Shown here: piece after piece, positions 62,724-64,000 of the stretch
Layout: each line of letters begins with the position of its first letter
Position numbering within the stretch: the stretch's first letter is position 1
Source: Schmidtea polychroa
Taxonomy: Eukaryota
Length of the DNA stretch: 64,000 nt
Direction of reading: 5' to 3'
Assembly: GCA_044892525.1 (NCBI GenBank)
Contig: CM097888.1
Span: 93,000,001-93,064,000 of the forward strand
Position numbers and translations under genes: made by a program
The notes under the pieces: generated by a model
Told to the model about the DNA's origin: nothing
Database searches by the model: none
Seen by the model: only the letters and a program-made list of their open reading frames with translations

Positions 62724-63819
62724 TTATATAAGTTATATCAACAAGGAATGGGAAGGAAATTACGCTGAATCCTACGTAACCTTATTTCGCTTCATTAGAA
62801 GCAGACATTAATGCTTAAATCAAGGCATTGAAAAATGTCCAATCGTTCTCCAATAAGTCCTCATTGTTGCAAGAATAAATATATTCAAGAATATATAAAT
62901 TCTTCTGGAAAATTTCTGATCCGAAAAAATATTGAAACATAAATTTTAAGAAATAATCAAAATGTGAAAATAAATCTGAAAAATAAATATTCTCACTATA
63001 AATGGTCAAATCGATAATTTTGTTCACCCCTTCATGAATTATTCACATTTTAACTTCCCTATGAGACTAAAAAAGAATGAAAATGATATAAAACATTTCA
63101 TATTGAAAACATTTAATANNNNNNNNNNNNNNNNNNNNNNNNNNNNNNNNNNNNNNNNNNNNNNNNNNNNNNNNNNNNNNNNNNNNNNNNNNNNNNNNNN
63201 NNNNNNNNNNNNNNNNNNNNNNNNNNNNNNNNNNNNNNNNNNNNNNNNNNNNNNNNNNNNNNNNNNNNNNNNNNNNNNNNNNNNNNAAACTCGATCTGCA
63301 TATAATAAATAATTTTTCAGTTAAATACTAACTTATAAATAAAAATGTATGGAAATAAAAGTTTTAGTCTTCGATGAGTTTATAATATTTAATCCGCCAT
63401 TTCCAGACCACGGTTTAAGAAATTCGGATCTTTTATCTCGCCATCATGAGATTTAGAAAATAAGAATGAACCTTTATCAATACAACCATTAAATTTATTA
63501 TGAAACCCACCCCTCCTATTCCTGATTGTCATGCTCACTGATCACACTAGGCGAACTAGATCAATTTCTATAAATGCATTAATTATGTCTAATATTAATT
63601 CCATGAGAAAGTTATTAGTTCAAAGTTATTTGTTTGACGTGAAAATAAATATCAAATTAAGAATTACAAAATTTTCCTTTATAATAAATAAATTTGTATT
63701 AAATTCAGACTTTAGTTACTATTAAAATTATAACTATTATCATTAGTATAATTGTCATATTTATCTTTTGGTTTTACTTTTTATTTTTTTAATTCAATAA
63801 TTTTCATATTAATATAATT

Positions 63820-64000
63820 ATTATTATCAATATTATTATTATCAATAATATTATTATCAATAATATTATTATCAATAATATTATTATCAATATGATTATC
63901 AATATGATTATTATCAATAATAATATTATTATCTATATCTATATCTATATCTATATCTATATCTATATCTATATCTATATTATTATTATTATTATTATTA
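63820..64000. repeat. Adjacent 15-bp (atcaataatattatt), (atatct)n and (att)n tandem repeats
   Basis: Visible directly. Confidence 0.95.

Noticed and set aside
6849-63312. ORF-track entries made mostly of X
   Set aside because: They are artefacts of N gaps (for example 6919-7466, 20808-21220, 42915-43712, 58772-59034).

Overview
AT-rich, gapped eukaryotic (animal-like) scaffold with about 10 N-runs, which make all X-filled ORFs in the track artefacts. Hand splicing recovers four host genes with mostly 43-62 nt GT-AG introns. (1) A 4-exon Rdx-family selenoprotein (SELENOW2/MIEN1-like, 35349-35949, +) with an in-frame TGA in a C-G-G-U motif, a C-terminal CaaX (CNIL) and a SECIS-like hairpin just after the stop; the ORF track misses it entirely. 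(2) TM2D1-like (minus). (3) Axonemal dynein intermediate chain DNAI1 (plus, 14 visible exons). (4) WDR6/Trm734 (minus, 10 exons). The rest is mostly transposon debris: Tigger/pogo, mariner, piggyBac and hAT MITEs with intact TIR/TSD, Ty3/Gypsy integrase plus LTR, Penelope GIY-YIG pieces, an RLE-type non-LTR retrotransposon, a Helitron piece and a decayed Polinton/Maverick (pPolB, protease, capsid), plus many tandem repeats. Top leads are the selenoprotein with its non-canonical SECIS apical loop, RLE-retroelement 3' ends that repeatedly abut one satellite family, a 2.8 kb Thr-repeat array with synonymous-biased variation, and a 5'-to-3' GC rise in all four genes. All family assignments come from recalled motifs, not database searches.
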